Positions 50,706-63,175 are shown, counted from the first letter of the whole stretch. The stretch: DNA of 63,366 nucleotides, filler included, from Octopus bimaculoides (GCF_001194135.2; 6 parts of 5 records of this genome joined end to end with filler, not necessarily neighbours in it); one strand, 5' to 3'. Notes: generated from the letters alone by a model not told the origin. Program-made: numbers and translations.

Positions 50706-52097
50706 ACAATATTTCATGATATTAATATAGATTAATATAATATAATGTGATATGATATAATATAATACAATATAATATAATAGAATTTAATTACAACAAA
50801 ATATATAGCTAATAACTAATTTTATTCGGCGATATTCAAACAAAACTATAATTTAAAATTTTAAGTGATTTATCCGTAAAGTTTTGTGAGAAACTTTCCG
50901 AAATCTACATCTGTTTTTTGTTTTTTTTAAAAAAGGTTTGTGCGAAAAACAAATTGAACATGTCAATAAATAATAAAGTAAATAATACAATTATAGTTAT
51001 TTTATAAAACTGTAACTTCACAATTATTTTAGAAGTTAATTGAAACACTCGCAAGGTGTATTTCAGAAATTTTGCAATGAATGCAAAACTGATATTTCGT
51101 ATGAATCCCTGACGAAAACAGGGTTTAAAATATTCTTTTTTAAAAATATTTTTTAAAATAAAGGTCTAGCAATGTGAAGTACATCTTGTACATGTTGGGT
51201 CCGTTATAAACCTTTAAACTACAGAAATATCCTTTCTTCGTCGCAAATAAAAATATATTAGAATGCATAAATCACCTGAAGGCAAAAAAAAAAAAAAAAT
51301 CTAACAAAAAGCGAAGAATCGAGTTATTAATCGCTGTCCTAAAACTTTTAAAAGTTAATTTAGGTATTATTTCTGTCCTTATATCATTCAACTGCTACCG
51401 TAGTTGAATAATATTTTTAAGGCTGCAATTTTCTCACACGCAGCATCTTCAGACATTGTCGCTAATTCAGTTCTTAACCAAACTGGAAACTGTTATCAGT
51501 TTTGAAGAGGACTGGTCCCTAGCTAAATTTTGGCATTAAAAATTGAGATTTGATCCAATAGAAAAAGTTTACATCAAAATTTGTAGCAACGTTATAGGAG
51601 AGTAATTAACGCCTCCAATCATGTTTAGATCTAAATAACTTTTTTATTTTAAAAGAAAAACATATTTAACTTAAGTTCAATGATAGAAGAAAGCATGAAG
51701 AATTTCATAGTTTTGTTTCCATGCAACAAAAATTTGTATCAAAAATGTTGTGAGGTAAAATATCATGAAAAAAAATTGAATTTAAGTATAATTAACTTTT
51801 TTATTTTAAAAACAAACTATATTTTAAGTAAGCTTAATTGGAACTCAATTCGAGGAATTTCATGGTATCAATCTCATGCAATGAAGTTTTAAAAGAAAAA
51901 GTTATGAGTGTTTGATTCTCAAATTTGAGGTTCATAATATAGTTCTTTATGTTTTTATGAATATAGTTCTATAAGGGAACTTTTAATATATGTCACCGGC
52001 GCCATTGAGGTAAGGAAAAAATTATCAACAACACTGCTAATAGACACGTTTGACACATTATTAATTAGCATAATAGCATAGCCTGGGAAAAACATGG

Positions 52098-52939
52098 ATT
52101 ACATGGAAAAATGCGAGCAAGAGAAATAATATTATTAAGATTTGGAAAATTACAGGACAAGTTATTACACTTGGAAAAGTTCAGGACTACTTATTACATC
52201 TGGCAAAGTACAGAACAAGAAATTTTTTACTTAAAATATTGCAGCTAAGGATAAAATTTGAATATCAAAAGTTATTTGATTTTAATTTACAAAGTAACAT
52301 TATAATTTAAAAAAAGGTACCCCAGTTTTGTTAAAATATTGATACACTAGAATACTTAAAAACTAAGAGCCAGAAGAGAAGTACCAATATAGCTAAAATT
52401 TTATGCAAAGTAGAATAGTATATATGGTAGACAAATTCATTATGCAAAAATAGGCGTTGGATCAAGACTAAAAATGTGAAGACTTGGCAATAACTTAGGC
52501 AATAACTCAAGCAAATTTTACTGTGAATTTGTTGTAACTATTTTTTTTTTATTATTCTATTTATTGTACTAACTAATTATGTACTACTATTATTTTTATA
52601 AGCTATTTTCAAATTTCTAATTATTAACTAATAATTTTTAAAAATGAATTCTTTTAAAGTGCAAAAAATATTTTAATTCAGTTATTTTTAAAATTTTTAA
52701 TAGAAGTAACAAGTAATAAGAAATACAAGTAATAACTTGTAATAAAATTTTTAGTTTTAATTAAAGCTAATATTTTCTAAATCTAAATATTTGAAATTTT
52801 TTCCTTAGTTGCAATATTTTAAGTAAAAATTTTCTTGCTCTGTACTTTACCAGATGTAATAAGTTGTCCAAGTCCTGTAATTTTTCAGGTTTATAATCTT
52901 AAGAATATTATTTATCTTGTTCGCATTTTTCCATGTAAT
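52098..52939. mobile_element. Foldback-like element: ~160-bp terminal inverted repeats with internal 29-30-bp subrepeats
   Basis: 52098-52266 vs 52786-52939 reverse complement. Subrepeat units TATTA(A/C)A..TGG.AAA...CAG.AC start at 52133, 52163 and 52192. AT-rich non-coding interior. Confidence 0.75.
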
Positions 52940-53733
52940 ATAGAGATGGTTAACAGATGAAGGACTGACAGCCCTTGACAATAACGTTCCAACTATATCA
53001 AAATTTGCCCAGTTATTATAGAGCATCAAATAGAATACTTAGCAGCGTTTGTTCTGACACTCGCCAGTCTGCGTTCAAATCCCGCTAACGTCATTTTTCC
53101 TTTAATTCGTTCGGGGTCGATAAAAAGTATCTATATAGGACGATGGTTTGGCGGAACTGGAAGAACGTCGTTGGTATGAGAGAGACAACTGGATTCATTT
53201 TAAAATCTGATTGTTCATTTGGGCTCATTTATAAATCATAGGCCCGGGTTGCATAGCTTGTGTTCATGTACGAAAAACTAATGATATCCACATCCATACA
53301 AACAAGTTTTACTTGTTTCACTCATGACACTGTGACTATGCTGGAGCATCGCCTTGAAGAATGTTTTTAGTCGAATGAATCGACCTCAGTGCTTGTTTTT
53401 TTTTTTAACGGTCTCTGTTGCCGAGATGCAGATATGGCTTTTCAATCCAGACCGGTCGAGTCTGCACACGTTGCCACGTATCCATCACCAGAGGACTTTA
53501 TAAAATGCAAAGCTGACAAAGATGTGAAATCGTGGTGAAACATCTGTACGTCACTGAATTTATGTGACAAAAGCTTGAACGGCATTTTCGCCAGTCACTC
53601 GGTCATCATAGTAAATTCCAGTGACAAGCATTGCAAGGTGACTGGTACTAGAATTTTGACTTATGTAGACCGTTTCTCTTAGAATGGAAATTATATTCGG
53701 ATCTATTCGAAAGATTTATCAATTAATATAAGT

Positions 53734-53765
<32 letters not shown>

Positions 53766-53865
53766 NNNNNNNNNNNNNNNNNNNNNNNNNNNNNNNNNNN
53801 NNNNNNNNNTTAATTAATTAANNNNNNNNNNNNNNNNNNNNNNNNNNNNNNNNNNNNNNNNNNNN
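53766..53865. other. Artificial assembly linker
   Basis: 44 N + TTAATTAATTAA (53810-53821) + 44 N. Confidence 0.95.
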
Positions 53866-53954
53866 ACACACACACACACATACATATATAGATAGGTAGA
53901 TAGATAGATAAATAAATAAATGGAGCTAAATGCAGGTGTTATTCAAATCTTTAT

Positions 53955-54044
53955 ACTTCTGTCATATGTTTCAAAGAAAACATTGGTATTATTCCAGAAG
54001 GAATAAAATGATGTAAAACAATGCAATCTTCTCATCAGGGAAAA
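53955..54044 (-). ncRNA. Degenerate hammerhead ribozyme in a Penelope 3' UTR
   Basis: Minus strand: TTTTCC-CTGATGA-GAAGATTGCATTG...CAATGTTTTCTTT-GAAA-CATATG-AC-AGAAGT. U16.1 is replaced by A and stem I is weakened. Homologous to the 42 kb copies. Confidence 0.75.
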
Positions 54045-54834
54045 AATTTTTTTTAAAAAAACGCATCAATAAGACATTTTAACAGAATGTGATAACTGTG
54101 TATATGATGAAGGTAAGTTTTTTTTTTAATTTTTTTTTTTGAAAAACCATTAAGATATAATGTCAAAGGCAATTTATAGAAAGAGAAAGAGGAGGAAGAA
54201 AGAAATTAGCATAAAAATAAAAGTGGAGAAATATAGTGTGATAGGTGAATAGGAATAAAGATTATAGGCTTTGAAATAGATGTAATTATTGGAGGTGAAA
54301 TGCAAGAAGACACTTAAAGATTCAATTTAATAGACTGACAGAAATCACTTATAGGAACTAAAAGTATATTTTTGCCAATATTTGCAATGATAAACACGTT
54401 CTTTAAATGTATTTACAAGAGGATTCTCTGAGAACAGGATGAAGTACAGTTCATCGTTAGAGAGTGAACAAAAGGATTTACCTTTAACATAAGGAAAGGA
54501 TCTAGACAGAATATCCCATTCCAAATCAAATTGTTTATGTTCCTTTAGAGACCAAACTAATTTATTAAGCCCAGTATTGTTACATTTATTGATATGTATA
54601 AATGTAGAGTTATGGTTAAATATTCTTTTGAACAACTGAAATGAAGAACTACCTATATAAAAAAAGATGGGTTAAAAATAGGTTGGTTAAATTTTTTTGA
54701 AACACGGGCTTAGACATTGTTTTTGACAATGATATAACTAAAGCCTACTTTTTGGATATTACCCTTAACTTGCAGAATGTTTCACATTTCCCATACCATA
54801 AACCCTCAACTAATTTAAAATATATTAGTTCTGT

Positions 54835-54906
54835 TGGCAGCCAGCCATGAAACTCAAACTCACATCCTTGTGATTACGTGTCCAGTGCTTTACCTTTAAG
54901 CTAACC
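54835..54906 (-). pseudogene. 5'-clipped tRNA-like copy ending in CCA
   Basis: TTAGCTTAAAGGTAAAGCACTGGACACGTAATCACAAGGATGTGAGTTTGAGTTTCATGGCTGGCTGCCA; inverted homologue of 55096-55172. Confidence 0.55.
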
Positions 54907-55095
54907 TGTTCATGCTATATTATAAGCATTATCTTGCAATTGAGAATAAAATTATTTCCTTATCTTTCAATACATCTCAACATTTCTAAAGCAAACTTTG
55001 TTTATTTACTTTCATTGTAATTTGAATTTAATGTACAATGGCGTCTTATAAAGCTAGATTTATAAATCCTAAATTTGCAGAAGAATTTGTCGTTG

Positions 55096-55172
55096 GGTCA
55101 GTTTAGTTTAAAGGTAAAGCACTGGACGCATAATCACAGAGATGTGAGTTTGAGTCACATGGTTGACCACCA
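55096..55172 (+). pseudogene. tRNA-like sequence (77 nt) with encoded CCA; anticodon position reads CAT
   Basis: Acceptor GGTCAGT/GTTGACC + A + CCA; D-arm GTTT-AAAGGTA-AAGC; loop CGCATAA; T-loop TTTGAGT (decayed TTCGA). Several mismatches, so probably non-functional or a SINE head. Confidence 0.6.
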
Positions 55173-55571
55173 ACACATTTTTCTGCAAAATATGGGTTGT
55201 TTATCCTGTTCATGCTATATTATTAGCATTATCCTGCATTTGAGAATAAAATTATTTCCTTATCTTTCAATACATCTCAATGTTTCGAAAGCAAACTTTG
55301 TTTACTTTCATCGTAGTTTGAATTTAACATACATATATATACAAACATTCACATACATACACACACACATGTAGAACAATAGATATGTTGGGAGACGTTT
55401 TAAATCTAAAGAAATAGTAAAGTATTGAAAAAAATGTTTAGAATTCAAGAATATTTTAGAACAGAAACACTAATTACCTTCTTTCATTGTTTTTATCTGA
55501 GTGACCACCACCACCACAACAACAACAATAGGTAAGAAATACTAAGATGTCAGCCAGTGGGTCTAGTTGTA

Positions 55572-55671
55572 NNNNNNNNNNNNNNNNNNNNNNNNNNNNN
55601 NNNNNNNNNNNNNNNTTAATTAATTAANNNNNNNNNNNNNNNNNNNNNNNNNNNNNNNNNNNNNNNNNNNN
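55572..55671. other. Artificial assembly linker
   Basis: 44 N + TTAATTAATTAA (55616-55627) + 44 N. Confidence 0.95.
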
Positions 55672-55713
<42 letters not shown>

Positions 55714-56333
55714 GTGTATACACACACACATACACACACACACATAGTTTTGGAGGTGCAAACAGATCTCAAAATAGAGTAGTATGTGAATTGTATCTTC
55801 ATATCAACAACAACGACGACGATGACGATGACAACAACAACAACAACAACAACAACAACGGCGACCACGACGACAGTGACAAGAAGAAGATGAATAACAA
55901 CAGCAGCCTAGATCCTGTCGACATGAAAGCCTGCTTGGAACGACATCTCGACTTTAACAACAGTTAAGCCGCCAAGCAACCTCTAATCTAGTTTGGGATT
56001 AGAGCTCGAGAAGGGTGTAGGAGAAAGGTGAGGAGGAGGGAAGGACGGGGATGGGAGTGGAGGAGGAAAACGGAACAAAACGGAAAGACAAATGGAGTTG
56101 GGGTACGGCGGAGACTCTTTCTCTTCCCCTCTTTCTTTCTCTCTCTTTTTTTCTCGCTCTTTCTCTGTTCTTCTCTTTTTCTGTCTCCTTCTTTCTCCTA
56201 CTCTTCTCTCCTTCTCTCTTGCCTTCTTTTCTCTTTCTTTCCCCTCTCCCTTTCTTTCTCTTTATCCCTTTCTCTTGTCTTTCTTTCTCTATCCCTTCGT
56301 TCTCTCTCCTCTCTCTCTCTCTCTCTCTCCCAG

Positions 56334-56391
56334 GTTACCAGAGCAACAAACACCTGATGACTTGATACCCACTATACCACAACCACAATGA
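56334..56391 (+). CDS. Weak candidate terminal exon
   Basis: (CT)n tract then cccag|G; the phase-2 frame reads LPEQQTPDDLIPTIPQPQ*. The pyrimidine tract may simply be a microsatellite. Confidence 0.25.
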
Positions 56392-56746
56392 ACCGTCATG
56401 TCAACGCTGACCTCTCGTGACCCGCAACGAAAGGTTACGAGGTCGAAAAGAACCGGATAAGTCGATAGTCAACAAATACTATTATTGCATAAAGACTGAA
56501 ATAAAAAGCACAAAAGAAGGAGGAAGGGGGACAAGGGGAGGAGGAGGAGGTATTATTTAGAAGCCTCACCACTCCAGATCCACTTTTCCGCATTGTTGTC
56601 AATGTCCTGACTTCTGTGTCTTTATTTACCTTTTTGTTTATATGTCTTCATCTATAGTTTTGTTTTTCTTATTTTATTTATCATTATCTCTATTTATTTA
56701 GTTATTTAGTGATTGTAGTTATTGTTGTCAAGATTATTTTTATTGT

Positions 56747-56800
<54 letters not shown>

Positions 56801-56880
56801 TGTTGTTGTTGGTGTTATTTTTGTTCCCTTTCTGTTCTTGTTTTCTTGTCTACATATTCTCAGCCTGTAAACCTGTATGC

Positions 56881-56918
<38 letters not shown>

Positions 56919-57224
56919 CTGACGGCCTGTTGGTCTGTCGGTCTAGCGGTTTATCTACGTGATTATTCCTATGTTTGATGTAACTGTTTATCAGTCCGTC
57001 TGTATGTCTGTTTGCCTGTCTGTGTGTGTATGTGTGTGTGTCTGCTTGTTCTATCAGTATTCCTTTCGGTCTGTCTGTCTGCCTGCCTGTCTACGTGTCA
57101 GAGTGTTTATGTGTATATTTTGATCTATATGTGTGCGTGCATGACACTGTGTGTGTGCGTTCGAGTGTGTGTGCGTGTGTGTGTGTGCGTGTGTGTGTGT
57201 ATGCATTTGTGTTTGTGTTTGTCC

Positions 57225-57505
57225 ACCCCCACCATCGCTTGACAACCGATGTTGGTATGCTTACGTTCCCGTAACCTAGTGGTTCGACCAAAGAGTCCGA
57301 TAAAATAAGTACTAGGCTTACAAAGAATAAATCCTGGGGCCGATTTCTCCGATCAAAAAACCCCTTTCAGACGGTGTTCCAGCATGGCCGCAGTGAAAAT
57401 GACTGAAACAAGTAAAGGAGCAAACGTATGCGCAAGGTCCAATGGGATTGAACCCGAAACCACCTGGTTGCAGAGCGAGTTGCTTAACCACAGAGACAGG
57501 TCTGC
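57225..57505. mobile_element. SINE family A 3' half (plus) abutting a family A head (minus)
   Basis: CCACCATCGCTTGACAACCG...ACAAGTAAAG followed by GGATTGAACCCGAAACCACCTGGTTGCAGAGCGAGTTGCTTAACCACA. Confidence 0.82.
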
Positions 57506-57619
57506 GCTTGTCGAAATAGGATTTTAAAAAATTAAAAGAAAAAGAGCCCGGTGCTGGTGTTAGTGATGTTGTTTGTTGTTGTGGTGGTGGTGACGATCGT
57601 AGTCCGCGTCGGTAAAAAA

Positions 57620-57648
57620 TAGATAGACAGACAGACAGACAGACAGGC

Positions 57649-57691
<43 letters not shown>

Positions 57692-57733
57692 TAGACAGAT
57701 AGAAAGATAGATAGATAGATAGATAAATAAACG

Positions 57734-57786
<53 letters not shown>

Positions 57787-57789
57787 ACG

Positions 57790-57846
<57 letters not shown>
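57620..57846. repeat. (GACA)n/(GATA)n array
   Basis: Directly visible. Confidence 0.97.
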
Positions 57847-57847
<1 letters not shown>

Positions 57848-58517
57848 AATGGAAGAAAGAGAGAGGGGAGGGAAGGACACATAGAGAGAAAAAGAAGGAA
57901 GGAGAGAGAGAGAGAGTGCAGAGAGAAGGAGGGAAGAAAGGGCAGGGTGAGAAAGGGGGAAAGGGAGAGAGAGAGAGAGAGAGAGAGTGAAGGCGGGTGG
58001 ATTATTTTTTTAGCTGGGTGTCATATGTGTCTGCCATCCATCTACGTCTATAAATTAAATTCTATTGAATCATCAACAGAAGATGATAATCCACAGACGA
58101 TTCATGAAAGTAAATCAGACAATCTCTTTCTCTTTCTCTCTCTCTCTCTCTGTACACACACACACATACATATATGTATAGGCTAGTGAAATGAGACTAG
58201 CATAATTAATGTAGTGAATTTAATTAATTAAAATTAATCCAAAATAAAGAGAACAAAGATATAAAAATCACGAGATGTAACGATTAATTCTGAACTAGGA
58301 CGGCAAGGGGGACAACTCTATAATGTAAACATCTATAAGCAGACATCTCATAAGTAAATAGACACCATTTTATTTTTATTTTTTCCAAATATTCATTGCT
58401 AAAAACAAAATAATACCATTTGATGCATTTAAATAAATGATCGAGTATTTAGTAGACATGCCTTGTGCAGTGTTTAGTGATAAAACGTATAAAGAGAGGT
58501 GTCTATTTACTTCTGAA

Positions 58518-58590
<73 letters not shown>

Positions 58591-58645
58591 AACGCTGTCG
58601 TTGGCAAACTTCTTATTGTACAAAACATCTCTCCAATCTCTAAAC

Positions 58646-58760
58646 CAGTGGTCCTCAACCGGGATCAATAGGGCATCTGAAGGTCCATATAAGATTTTGG
58701 GGGTCCACGAACAAAATAATAGTAAGTTGGGGATCCACAAACGTCGTAACAAAAATCAGT
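58646..58760 (+). mobile_element. hAT/Charlie-like MITE left end (fragment)
   Basis: Begins CAGTGGTCCTCAACC, typical of hAT-Charlie termini; no matching right end found. Confidence 0.55.
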
Positions 58761-59645
58761 GCTGGCTAGAATTCGTATAGAATATCTGTAAGAAATTATC
58801 TTAAGAAGGAGACGTTAAACTTTCCAAACCAATCAAACACCACAATTCCAGAAGCAACGAAATTAATGCACACGTATATAGTCTTCAAGGGAAATCGTCA
58901 AACAGCCATATTCAATACATATGTTGGAATTTACGGCTAAATGATATATGGCGGGTGGTTAATGACTAACAGTAAACAATACTGTTATCTTCGACGCAAG
59001 ATAGCCGACTATTCAAATTTACTAGGGTCTCGAGAGTGGTGCCAGGACAAACCGGAACGCGCCAATTCTTAAGATAATTGATAAGAATTATGACTTGTAT
59101 CTCTAAGTGTTATAAGTAAAAAAAAAAAATCGTATGTATATACTTACTAAGGAGTGTTTTGGATTAAACAATATATATATACTCAATAAAAAAAAATGTG
59201 TAAAATAATAAAATAAACGGCAGAAAGGGTTAATTGTTGGGGAGGTGGGTGAAAATTAATGTTAATAGTGAATGTTAATATAGTGTGTTGTGTGTGCTTG
59301 TCGTATTGTGTCAATAGGAAATATTTATTGCACCCATTACTTTATATAAAAAAAAATTGATAACTAAAATGGGTGAAGATAAAAATAAAAAAGAAAAATC
59401 ATAAAAGTTTCACCAGACCAAATAACAAAATAACAAGATCACATTAAAACTTCACAGACACACAGACAGACACACACACAAAGAGCAACAATGAAAATTC
59501 TTGAATGAAAGATAAAGGAAACTAGATACCCAAAGAGGAATCTGTATCACTTGAGCGTGATTTTCAAGTGAATGGTTATATTTCACAGATTAGCGAATGA
59601 GGAGTCTCTTTGCTAAAGGATTTAAATCAGATCTCTAAACAGATA

Positions 59646-59830
59646 CGAGGTGGTGTCAAAAGGTTCCCCGCACTAGTTACGTTTAATATAAAATAGCTTC
59701 AGTTTCAACATCGTCTCCTTCGAAATGGTCATCTTGCGCGGCAATACCCACCCCCGGTCCCAGCGTTCCTGCCACTTTTGGAAACTGCTTTCGAATTTGA
59801 ATTTTTTCCGTGACATGAAACGTCGGGACA
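59646..59830 (-). mobile_element. Mariner fragment: transposase C-terminus and terminal inverted repeat
   Basis: Minus strand reads FQKWQERWDR then AAQDDHFEGDD. TIR-like CGAGGTGGTGTCAAAAGGTTCCC follows TA at 59644-59645. Confidence 0.75.
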
Positions 59831-60127
59831 TACCAGCAGATGGTTTTGAAACCATTTAGCATATGATCATAGCCGGCGATATAGCTTGCAGCAGGCCTTG
59901 TTGGGTATTACGGCATTGGAAATTCACAACAATGACGAAACATCGGTGTCTGTCGCTTCGAAAAAGGGACGTGATGTGAGTTGTCTCGCTTGCCTATGAC
60001 TTACTTTCAGGTGTTTTCAACACCAGGCGCATTGAAAATATATTCTCTTGCGCCAAAACCGCAGCCCGACCCAAGAACCAACAATCCCCACACCTCGTGA
60101 TTTTGTGTTCAATTTTGTTTATATCGT

Positions 60128-60491
60128 GGCACTCCGTCGGTTACGACGACGAGGGATTCAGTTGATCCGATCAACAGAACAGCCTGCTCGTGAAATTAAC
60201 GTTCAAGTGGCTGAGCACTCCACAGACACGTGTACCCTTAACGTAGTTCTCGGGGGATATTCAGCGTGACACAGAGTGCAACAAGGCTGACCCTTTGAAT
60301 TACATACACAATAGAAATAGGAAGAGTGAGAGAAAGTTGTGGTGAAAGAGTACAGCAGGGTTCGCCACCATCCCCTGCCGGAGCCTCGTGGAGCTTTAGG
60401 TGTTTTTCCCTCAATAAACACTCACAACGCCCGGTCTGGGAATCGAAACTGCGAGTCCGCTGCCCTAACCACTGGGCCATTGCGCCTCCAC
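60128..60491 (-). mobile_element. SINE family D, near full length
   Basis: Head GTGGAGGCGCAATGGCCCAGTGGTTAGGGCAGCGGACTCG..TTTCGATTCCCAG on the minus strand; body nearly identical to 61773-62023. Confidence 0.92.
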
Positions 60492-61348
60492 TTTGTTTAN
60501 NNNNNNNNNNNNNNNNNNNNNNNNNNNNNNNNNNNNNNNNNNNNNNNNNNNNNNNNNNNNNNNNNNNNNNNNNNNNNNNNNNNNNNNNNNNNNNNNNNNN
60601 NNNNNNNNNNNNNNNNNNNNNNNNNNNNNNNNNNATATATATATATATATATATATACAGGTCGGAAATCCTTTTCTGTATCCCTGGTGTTACTAAGAAA
60701 CCAAATTCTGGTGTCATTTGATATATTTTCAAAAGGTGTTTTGGTATTCGTGAAAGGAAATCATTAAACCGTAATTTCCTTAAGTATCAGGTCTGTATGG
60801 ATAAATATAAGTGAGGTGTCAACGAAAGGATGTACTTTCGCTTTCGGTATTATAGCGGAGACACTACACGCATACATACACATACACATACACATATACA
60901 TGTATATATATATAAACACTTGGCGCACATGCAGAGGAATTCACACAATCACGTACATGTTTAAGTTTGTGTGCATGCGTGTGCGTGCGTGTATAAAAAT
61001 ATATATGTAGAGAGAGAAAGCGAGAGAGAAAGAAAGAGAGAGAGGTAGATAGTTTGAGAGAGGGGCTAAATTCCGCCAAGGATTTCTTGGGGTCAAAACC
61101 TTTGGATTTTTATCGAAGAAGCATAAATGACCTTGTCAATCGATGGGAGAAAAGCATAGCTCTTCAGGGATCATATTTTGAATAATTAAACCTTTGTATA
61201 AGTTCAGTTTTTCAAGAATATAGGCTTATATTTAAAATCGGCCATTATTTTCCGAACAACCTAATATATACATGTATGTGTGCGTGTGCGTGTGTGTGTG
61301 TACATACATAGATATATGCAATTATATATATTATATATATATATATAT

Positions 61349-61448
61349 NNNNNNNNNNNNNNNNNNNNNNNNNNNNNNNNNNNNNNNNNNNNTTAATTAA
61401 TTAANNNNNNNNNNNNNNNNNNNNNNNNNNNNNNNNNNNNNNNNNNNN
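61349..61448. other. Artificial assembly linker
   Basis: 44 N + TTAATTAATTAA (61393-61404) + 44 N. Confidence 0.95.
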
Positions 61449-61772
61449 TTTTTTTTTCATAAGGATGGCGTATACGAGTAATTAATGAGAATAATTTATT
61501 TATGTATATTACTTTTGTGCTTTTAATTAGGCTAATTATTCACGCCTTCTCATATATCGTATTATAGGCTACACCCATTTCTAACGGGTGCTAGAGGTAT
61601 TTGAGGGCAAATTTGACAATTTCATTAAGCAACTCTAATCTAGCAAAAGTGAAAATGTATTTCAATGAAAATTTCTTTACATGTTCATGTATAAGTTTTC
61701 TTATAAGCTTTATTCTGTAAATCCACCATCAGCATCGTTGGCTTTTATTGCAGAACCACATGAACAATTGTT

Positions 61773-62023
61773 GGCACTCCGTTGCTTAGGACGTCGAGGG
61801 TTCCCGTTGATCCGATCAACGGAACAGCCTGCTCGTGAAATTAACAAACGTGCAAGTGGCTGAGCACTCCACAGACACGTGTACCCTTAACGTAGTTCTC
61901 TGGGGATATTCAGCGTGACACAGAGTGTGACAAGGCTGGCCCCTTTGAATTACAGGTACAACAGAAACAGGAAATAAGAGTGAGAGAAAGTTGTGGTGAA
62001 AGAGTACAGCAGGGTTTGCCACC
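61773..62023 (-). mobile_element. SINE family D, 3' part running into a gap
   Basis: Aligns to 60128-60370. Confidence 0.92.
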
Positions 62024-62659
62024 NNNNNNNNNNNNNNNNNNNNNNNNNNNNNNNNNNNNNNNNNNNNNNNNNNNNNNNNNNNNNNNNNNNNNNNNNNNNN
62101 NNNNNNNNNNNNNNNNNNNNNNNNNNNNNNNNNNNNNNNNNNNNNNNNNNNNNNNNNNNNNNNNNNNNNNNNNNNNNNNNNNNNNNNNNNNNNNNNNNNN
62201 NNNNNNNNNNNNNNNNNNNNNNNNNNNNNNNNNNNNNNNNNNNNNNNNNNNNNNNNNNNNNNNNNNNNNNNNNNNNNNNNNNNNNNNNNNNNNNNNNNNN
62301 NNNNNNNNNNNNNNNNNNNNNNNNNNNNNNNNNNNNNNNNNNNNNNNNNNNNNNNNNNNNNNNNNNNNNNNNNNNNNNNNNNNNNNNNNNNNNNNNNNNN
62401 NNNNNNNNNNNNNNNNNNNNNNNNNNNNNNNNNNNNNNNNNNNNNNNNNNNNNNNNNNNNNNNNNNNNNNNNNNNNNNNNNNNNNNNNNNNNNNNNNNNN
62501 NNNNNNNNNNNNNNATTCAAAAAATACTGTTCCTCTGACATTTAACATTCGCCAAAGTAGGGGGAAAAAATAGGGCGAGGAGTGGGTCTTTTTTATTGTG
62601 TGTGTTCAAAAATTAAAAAAAAACAAAACAAAAAAAACAAAAAAACACACGCTGCCCCG

Positions 62660-62713
62660 CGATAATAATAATAATAATAATAACAATAATGATATGAAAG
62701 ATGATGGTAGTGG

Positions 62714-62744
<31 letters not shown>

Positions 62745-62935
62745 AGTGGTGGTGGTGGTGGTGGTGGTGACGATGATGATGATAGTGGCGGTGACGATGA
62801 TGATGGTGATGATGATAGTGGTGGTGGTAGTGGTGATGATGATGATGATGATAGTGGTGGTGGTGGTGGTGACGATGATGATGGTGATGATGATAATGAG
62901 AAAACTTATAACAACAACAACAACAACAACAACAA
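62660..62935. repeat. Mosaic (AAT)n/(GAT)n/(GGT)n/(AAC)n trinucleotide array
   Basis: Directly visible; source of the poly-D/G ORF artefacts. Confidence 0.95.
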
Positions 62936-63103
62936 TAAATATGTCCTTTACAATATCCTCCCCTCCACTCACCCTCTACCTCCGCCCCCTCCTTTCCTCA
63001 CCCTATGTCTGCTTCTCCGTCTGTCTGTCTGTCTTTGTGGCTGTCTGTGTGTCTTCCACTGACATTAACGGGTTACCGTTACAGACTGAAAAAAACGAGG
63101 GTA

Positions 63104-63175
63104 CTACACCGCCTTATTTGAGTCGGGTGAGGTGGTCGTTAACGGGGTGGCGGCGCGGAGTTTGTCGTCTGGGAT
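63104..63175 (-). CDS. Candidate terminal coding exon
   Basis: Acceptor ccccccatcttttccag| on the minus strand, in a GC- and CpG-rich island. Frame 0 reads IPDDKLRAATPLTTTSPDSNKAV*; all three frames terminate nearby. Confidence 0.35.
   Translation of the reverse strand: MPDDKLRAATPLTTTSPDSNKAV

Larger units (their letters stand above)
53900..55330 (-). mobile_element. Penelope-like element 3' part: linker remnants, GIY-YIG endonuclease and 3' UTR
   Basis: YIGSS at about 54640-54660, then LFKRIFNHNSTF..NNTGLNKLVWSLKEHKQFDLEWDILSRSFPY..FCSLSNDELYFIL..NPLVN..HCKY (54345-54635). Confidence 0.85.

Noticed and set aside
53455-53510. EGF-like peptide CRYGFSIQTGRVCTRC
   Set aside because: Splice sites are weak, the frame closes soon after, and the cysteine spacing is incomplete.
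56385-56445. SECIS or hammerhead after the TGA at 56389-56391 (ATGAA..., CTGA...hairpin...GAAA)
   Set aside because: There is no helix II for a SECIS, and the core reads CTGACCT rather than CUGANGA. Only a simple hairpin remains.
58878-58930. Fragments resembling the 42 kb hammerhead (TCTTCAAGGGAAAT ... ACATATGTTGGAAT)
   Set aside because: The pieces are in incompatible orientation and there is no stem II; chance or scrambled remnant.
59892-59975. 84-nt candidate exon with a GAT|gtgagt donor
   Set aside because: The acceptor is poor, two frames are open, and it sits between transposon fragments.
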